From Flectonema sp. DT1601 (lineage: Eukaryota): DNA of 64,000 nucleotides. The stretch lies in contig OZ025781.1 in assembly GCA_964019425.1 (NCBI GenBank), positions 1,364,001-1,428,000 of the forward strand, read 5' to 3'. The position numbers and the translations under genes are program-made. The notes under the pieces are model-generated. The model was given only the letters and a program-made list of their open reading frames with translations. It was not told where the DNA came from and did no database searches. Shown here one piece after another: positions 58,129 to 64,000 of the stretch. How positions within the stretch are numbered: the stretch's first letter is position 1; the number at the start of each line of letters is the position of its first letter.

Positions 58129-58869
58129 ATGCTGCGACGATGCCGACCGTTGTTGCGCATCCACCGGCGAGTGTATACTCGACACCGGATAAGTGAATGG
58201 ATGTATCAACGAGTTATAAGAATGATGAAAGTTTCCTTTCAAGTGTCGTCAACGATAGCAAAGAAACTATCTTTGAAAGCGTTGTATTTAATAGAAACGA
58301 AATTATCTAAGAAGTGGGGATTGATAATGGTTTGGGTTTGTACATTTGCTGGTATGGTTCTGTGTCTCCCAACTGTACAATTCAATCTTGCTGCTGGGGC
58401 TATTGCCGGACCAGTTCTGGGAGCAGCTGTAATGACTTCCTCAGTCGTGTTGGGTTCAGCAGTGGATTTCCTTATTGGACGATACTTGTTAACAGATGTT
58501 CAAACAATCGAGTTCCTCAGTGAGTCGAACCTCTTTACATCTCAAGGAGCCCTCACAACATTCCTTCTCCGATTGTGTCCTGTTTTCCCTGCTGGTGTCG
58601 TCAGTTATTCATTGGGAGTGACTCCACTTGATTTAAAAAGTTATTTAATTGGTACTACTTTAGGTCAAGGAGTCGTTGTATACTTAGTATCTGTTATTGG
58701 TTATCAACTAAAAAGACTTGCTCACGAACCTCACGTCCTACGAAGAACAGGTTTGCGTGCGACTATCTGCTGTACTGGAACTAGTATTTTGGGACTGACA
58801 GTGTGTGCAGGTATGGAACTCTCCCATAGAGCTAGTCTTGAGCTTTTGGATGCTTCTGTTGCAATGTAG
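58129..58869 (+). CDS. VTT/DedA (SNARE-associated, TVP38/TMEM64-like) membrane protein with MLRR-type presequence
   Basis: LP....NLAAGAI.G, LGS..DFLIGRYL and LLRLCPVFP...VSY.LGVT...LKSYLIGT.LG; ATG 58129 follows CTCAACAG. Confidence 0.82.
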   Translation: MLRRCRPLLRIHRRVYTRHRISEWMYQRVIRMMKVSFQVSSTIAKKLSLKALYLIETKLSKKWGLIMVWVCTFAGMVLCLPTVQFNLAAGAIAGPVLGAAVMTSSVVLGSAVDFLIGRYLLTDVQTIEFLSESNLFTSQGALTTFLLRLCPVFPAGVVSYSLGVTPLDLKSYLIGTTLGQGVVVYLVSVIGYQLKRLAHEPHVLRRTGLRATICCTGTSILGLTVCAGMELSHRASLELLDASVAM

Positions 58870-59111
58870 TCGGTTGAAGCTGTTTTACATTTTATGTGTC
58901 AACATGTGGTCAATTCATGTTGTCCAACTTTATTCTTTTTTATTTTCTTCGTCAAAACATTACCTCCCATAAGGTAGAATGTTCTTAACTTTCTCAAAAT
59001 TCTGTTTTTCTTCTGATCAGTTTTGTTAACTTCTAGCAGGTGTTTTTTCAATCCCGATTTTTTTCTTCCTTTTTTTTTTTTTTTCTGTCCGACGTAGTCG
59101 GAGAAGAAACA

Positions 59112-59177
59112 ATTCAGATTTATATTCGCATGCAGACAGGATTCTGTCTGCGTTCAATGGAATTATATAATCTGAAT
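59112..59177. repeat. Short palindromic dispersed repeat (second partial copy ~61317..61366)
   Basis: ATTCAGATT...GCAGACAG-GATT-CTGTCTGC...AATCTGAAT; the core AGACAGGATTCTGTCTGCGTT recurs at 61317. Confidence 0.75.
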
Positions 59178-59722
59178 GGAGTTTTTTTTTTTTAATAAAT
59201 CAGCGACAATTCTCACATTAGTTAAACGGAACTAACTGACAGAGAATTTTTAGCCGACCTTTCAGTGAGAAAATAGTTCTCCTGAGAATTGAGTTACCGG
59301 TCATTGTTTATGGAATAGTGAAACCACCCTAGTCGTTGCTTTCTGTTTTGTTATTTTTCGATCAAAAAAAAAAAAAAATAAAATAAAAAAAAAAATGGTA
59401 TTTCCACCTGCCTTCAGATTAATCTTTCTCACACACACTAACAATAGGTAACAACTTGTATTATTATTGCCTTGTGGTTTCTGTTCGGTAGTTTTTTTTT
59501 TTCTCTCTTTTTTTTTTTTTTTTTACCATGCCATGAAAACACATAGTCATGTAACGGTATCCACCTGCTGGTGAGTTTTTTAAAAAGTCATTTCTAATCT
59601 GCTTAAGAAGAACTGTCCATATCATTTTTTTTAAAGCATTTTATATGCATAGAAATGTCGTCCTTTTTAGGATTGGGATTGGATATGGTCAATGCCACTT
59701 ATGTGTATATTACCTATTACCA

Positions 59723-59759
<37 letters not shown>

Positions 59760-60008
59760 CTGCTCCGTGATTGCCATTATTTTCAAAAAGAATTAAGGCA
59801 TGCATTACGTGTTGTGCTTGCGTTCTCTCTTCGAACCAAAAGCATTCAATACATATATATATCAATTTTTTTTTTTTCGTTCTTTTTTTTTCCCGTCATA
59901 TTTTGACGCAGATTGGTATTATGTTATTTTTATTATTTGTTTTTTTTTAATTAAAAAAAATATATTTTCACAACCCCTCTATAAACAGAACGGTAGTAGG
60001 GTAACAAT

Positions 60009-61214
60009 ATGAGTACCTGGCTGCCTTCATTCCGCAATGAAATTGATTCAGCATCTGAGGCGAAATCACTGCCTGATGAGCAGCCAACACCTTCTATGTC
60101 AGAGATGAGCGAATCTGTTTTAGATGAGGATATGAGTATGGAAGATGAACGCAGCATATCAACAAGACTCTCAACAGATGAACAGGAAGTAATTCCATCT
60201 CAAATTTTAGGATACGCGGAGTGGCTTGAAATCCCTGAATCACAACCGGAACTTCTATGGATCGCAGAGTACGGTTTAACTGCTCCCCTCCCTGAAGACT
60301 GGCGTACCTGTTTATCAAAAGACAATTCAGAAGCACCCGAAGGCTATTCCCATGTTAGAGATAAAATGTATTTTTATAATATCAAATCAGGTGAGAGTTC
60401 ATGGGAACATCCGTGTGATAAATTCTTTAGAGAACTCGCTAGATCATTTGTAAGACCTGATGAAGTAATAAAAATACCACGCAGTCAACAAGAACCACTT
60501 GAATACAAAACAACTGGTGTTCAGGCAACACCAACAGTAAAAACAACTCATACTCAAGTAGAACAAGTTGTATTTAGCAAAGGATGTCATGTTGAGGTTC
60601 CAACTGCTTCTGTAGGAACAGCACCAATGCCGGTAACCATGACAACGATGACAAATATCTGTTGTGATGGTGGTACTAATACCACTCCTGGTATTGAAAA
60701 TTTAATACCACCTCCATCAATGCCTGGGAGTAAGAGAGCAAGTAGAGTTCGTCTCGATCCGTTTTCATCTCCTGCGATGTTTGCAGCGTCTAACCCGACG
60801 ATGATATCAACAGGAGGAGGTACAGGAATAGCAGGTGGGGGTGTTAGTACTGGTGTTAAGGATCACTTAACAACTAAAGCAAAAAATGAATTAAAATCTC
60901 GAGTTATTAGTGATTTTCAAGAGCAACTCGCTTCTCATAAAAAAGAAATACTCGAAGTCATCGCACGTGAAACACCGATTCCACCAATACCGGAAGCTGA
61001 TACTCCACTTGCGCCTCTCCCACCACCATCATTCCCAACAGCACCTGCCACTCATAAGGAAGTTTCGAATAGTCGTTCTAGACTTGTGATCTACTCCATC
61101 GTATTGTCAGCTCATATTTCTATTTGTTTTGCCGTCGTAACGATGCTTCCATACGTTTTCGATCCTTTGAACTATTCGTTCTTTGAGAACTATAGTCAAG
61201 ATGATTATAATTAA
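60009..61214 (+). CDS. CEP164-like N-terminal WW-domain protein with C-terminal transmembrane helix
   Basis: YAEWL....ELLWIAEYGL.APLP.DW..C...YFYN..SGESSWEHPCD; hydrophobic LVIYSIVLSAHISICFAVVTML near the C-terminus. Confidence 0.8.
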   Translation: MSTWLPSFRNEIDSASEAKSLPDEQPTPSMSEMSESVLDEDMSMEDERSISTRLSTDEQEVIPSQILGYAEWLEIPESQPELLWIAEYGLTAPLPEDWRTCLSKDNSEAPEGYSHVRDKMYFYNIKSGESSWEHPCDKFFRELARSFVRPDEVIKIPRSQQEPLEYKTTGVQATPTVKTTHTQVEQVVFSKGCHVEVPTASVGTAPMPVTMTTMTNICCDGGTNTTPGIENLIPPPSMPGSKRASRVRLDPFSSPAMFAASNPTMISTGGGTGIAGGGVSTGVKDHLTTKAKNELKSRVISDFQEQLASHKKEILEVIARETPIPPIPEADTPLAPLPPPSFPTAPATHKEVSNSRSRLVIYSIVLSAHISICFAVVTMLPYVFDPLNYSFFENYSQDDYN

Positions 61215-61848
61215 TGGTTTTACCAAAAAAAAAAAAGATCAGATTGAAAAAAAAAAAAAAAAAAAAAAAAGCCGGTATTTCTTATATGGTCATGATATTA
61301 TTGTATTGTCCCCGTGAGACAGGATTCTGTCTGCGTTTAATGAAATATAAGGCTAAATCTGAATGGTTTTTATTTTGTTCCAGTAGTTTTAATCTTCTTT
61401 GTCAATAGTAAGACTTGATGGTGATTTTTTTTTTTTGGTTATTCAATACGAGTATTTTTATTTTTATTTTTTTTATTGGGTTTTGTGTTTGTATTAATAT
61501 TCGATTCACATGTCTTTCTTGCGAGAGCACGCGCTGGCATAATGAAAAGAAAAAAAAAAAAAAAAAAAAAAAAAAGAAAGAATTGTTCCTTAGATTCCGT
61601 AGAAAATAACGAAAGAAAAAAAAAAGATTATTTGTACTATTGTTTCTTTTAAAAAAAAAGAAATTTTGTTGTGTTTTTTTTTTTTTTTGGTTTTTTTATC
61701 GTTAGTTTAGATTACAGGAGATAAAAAAAATGGTTAAAAGAGTAATTTTCGAAAAAAAAAAAAAATAACAATTTGTTTGATATCTCTTTCTCTCATCGTT
61801 TATTATTTTCACGTTCAGAAAAATATAAATAAAAAAAAAAAAATCCAA

Positions 61849-63699
61849 ATGGATGATATTAACTATGATGACCTTCGGGCCAAACTAATTCGTTTTTATG
61901 AGAAACACAGTCCGGGGGCAAAGACTCCAGAAGACATTGAAAAAGTAGTCGAACTGGTCCAAAAAACTGACATAACAGAACACGAGTTATTCACACAATT
62001 ATGTGGTAAGTACAATGTGTTATATGATCCGTTAGATTGGAAGAAACCGGTCATTGGAAAAGGAACAATCAACGGAGCGCAAGTTGTAACAAAAGGAGGA
62101 GATACAACAACTAAGGTCGCCAGTAATACAACACCACCAGTGATGGCTACTAATCTACCAGTTTTATCAACGAGAGAGATAAAGCCAAGAGGTCAAAATC
62201 CTAAATCACCTGTTGGATCGCCTTGCGCTGGTCGTCGTAGTACGTTCGGTCCTCAACAGACACCAGTTGATTTTATTGCGAGACGTAAGCGTCTTGTTCA
62301 ATTTTATGAACTTTATAATCCTGAGAAGTTGGGAACGGTTGATACGATCATGAACTTAGCGAGGGAATCAGGTTGGACTGAAATAGAACTTTTTACAAAC
62401 TTATCTCAGAAATATAACTTACCTACTAAATCTGTGTTTGAGAAATTAAAACTTAAGTCTCACACTGACCCAACCGTTGGTGACGGACATGGCCACGCTC
62501 TGGCAGATGCTGCTTTGAGAGATGCCCTGGAACAGGTTTTGAAAGAAGAATTCGTTGAGTGGGTTAATAAAACAATAGTGTTGAAACCATTATTGACTGT
62601 TCCGCAATTGGGAGAACGCCTTTCCGACGGAGTTATCCTGTGTCAACTGCTGCAAACATTAGATTCTGCTGTACGCTTTCGGTACCACGCAAAGACAGCA
62701 AACCGTTTTCAAAAACTCGCAAATGTAGAAACATTCTTAAAGCACGCAGTTAAGATGTTTGATATTGGTAAAGATGATTTATTTGACCCAGCGGATGTTG
62801 TATCTGGAGAGCACACAAAACAGGTTATGTCAGTCTTCCTGTACGTAGCAAAGGCTGCTCACGAAATCTACCAATCATACGCTCCGGAAATTGTTACGAT
62901 GGAAATGGAAATCGAAAAAACCGAAGCAGAACTCACAAACGAAGAAGTGACGAGACTACTTGCTGCGCAGCAACAAGAAGTACAAGAAAAGTTAAACGAG
63001 GCAGAGATAAAGAGACGGGAGGAAGAGGCAGAACGTATTCGCAAAGAAACCGAAGAAAAGGAGCGAATGGAAGCCTGGAAAGAGATGGAGCGCCGAAAGA
63101 TCAGAGAAGAAGAGAGGAGAAGGTTTGAGGAAGAAACCAAACGCCGTGAGGAACAAGCCGAAGCACTTCGCGTAATGAAGCGATTTGAAGAAGAAAAGCG
63201 CATTCAACAAGAGCAAGAACTGCGCCAGGCAGCTTACATGCGTCAGAGAGAAAAGCATGAGGCAGAGGCAAGACAACGTGAACAAGAGAGAAGAGCTGCT
63301 GCCCACGCTAAAGACTATTCTGAAGATAGACCAATCTTTCAATACCGAGTCAAGGATGGTCAGAATCGTTACATTGGTGATCGTAATGACACCATCGATG
63401 TCGCCGTCGGTCGTATTGTCAACGGTCTTCCTATGTGTGTTCCAGCAGTAAAAATAAGAAAGTTGAAAAGTGGAATGTACGGTATCGAATACCCAAAGCG
63501 TCTCGTATTCCACGTTCGTGTTATTAGAGACTGCGTAGTCATCAGAGTTGGTGGTGGTTGGGAATCACTTGAGGAATATCTTCGTAGACGTCTACGTGAC
63601 TACCCAGAAGTTATCGAAAAGGTTGACTTCACAAAAGATCTGATTGGAACTCAGAGGATTACGATGCTTCATAAATCAAAACCTGCAATGAAATTCTAA
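61849..63699 (+). CDS. GAS2-like cytoskeletal linker: two N-terminal helical repeats, calponin-homology domain, charged helix, GAR domain
   Basis: CH motif LSDGVILCQL...NV..FL...LFDP.D; GAR motif VRVIRDCVVIRVGGGWESLEEYL; repeat L..FYE...P......ELFT.L..KY twice. Confidence 0.88.
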   Translation: MDDINYDDLRAKLIRFYEKHSPGAKTPEDIEKVVELVQKTDITEHELFTQLCGKYNVLYDPLDWKKPVIGKGTINGAQVVTKGGDTTTKVASNTTPPVMATNLPVLSTREIKPRGQNPKSPVGSPCAGRRSTFGPQQTPVDFIARRKRLVQFYELYNPEKLGTVDTIMNLARESGWTEIELFTNLSQKYNLPTKSVFEKLKLKSHTDPTVGDGHGHALADAALRDALEQVLKEEFVEWVNKTIVLKPLLTVPQLGERLSDGVILCQLLQTLDSAVRFRYHAKTANRFQKLANVETFLKHAVKMFDIGKDDLFDPADVVSGEHTKQVMSVFLYVAKAAHEIYQSYAPEIVTMEMEIEKTEAELTNEEVTRLLAAQQQEVQEKLNEAEIKRREEEAERIRKETEEKERMEAWKEMERRKIREEERRRFEEETKRREEQAEALRVMKRFEEEKRIQQEQELRQAAYMRQREKHEAEARQREQERRAAAHAKDYSEDRPIFQYRVKDGQNRYIGDRNDTIDVAVGRIVNGLPMCVPAVKIRKLKSGMYGIEYPKRLVFHVRVIRDCVVIRVGGGWESLEEYLRRRLRDYPEVIEKVDFTKDLIGTQRITMLHKSKPAMKF

Positions 63700-64000
63700 C
63701 AATCTTTGAGATATCATTCATACTGGTCTCCCTTAACTTGTTTAGATAGATTAGAACTATCTCAGCTTGAGTCGCACGGAAAGTTGGCGATCTTGAAATT
63801 AGAATCGCACGATTTCCAAAACAAATGATTCAGTCTTTTGATATGTTGAGTTGCTTAATGTTGTGTTAGCTGTCAGACTTGTGTACCCTATCCCCCTCAT
63901 TTTCTCTCATGTAGTTGTAGAATTCTTTTTTTTGTGTGTGATTCAACACTCTGCCTACCAGTACAAATAATAATCACGTCTTCATATAAATAGAAAGTCA

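Overview
AT-rich eukaryotic (protist) nuclear DNA with about 21 credible protein genes, all on the + strand across 64 kb. This co-orientation, pyrimidine-rich AG sites just upstream of most ATGs, MLRR-type mitochondrial presequences and frequent short GT-AG introns suggest a euglenozoan, possibly a diplonemid (inference). Genes include the 3' end of an ABCD transporter, four tandem RPS25 copies (one intronless), a PAP2-like membrane protein, an ArsS-like radical SAM enzyme, a possible Med22-Med11 fusion, a CaaX protein, an acidic EF-hand protein, a divergent histone H4, a D/D-domain protein, a 1941-aa Ser/Thr-rich secreted protein, a PAM2-UBL-Pumilio protein, a CLASP-like TOG protein, two paralogous methyltransferases, thioredoxin, VTT/DedA, WW and CH-GAS2 proteins. 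Non-genic content includes two ~1.5-1.6 kb pure (AAC)n arrays, a decayed 1.8 kb Sola-like TIR transposon, two 5'-truncated copies of a LINE-like retroposon with TSDs and (TAAAC)n tails, several MITE-like elements and many poly(A)/poly(T) tracts. The most interesting signals are cis-introns with A-rich acceptors that can pair with their U-rich donors, the putative Med22-Med11 fusion, the SPK-tailed H4 variant and the mitochondrion-targeted ArsS. All family assignments are by-eye motif recognition; no database search was run.
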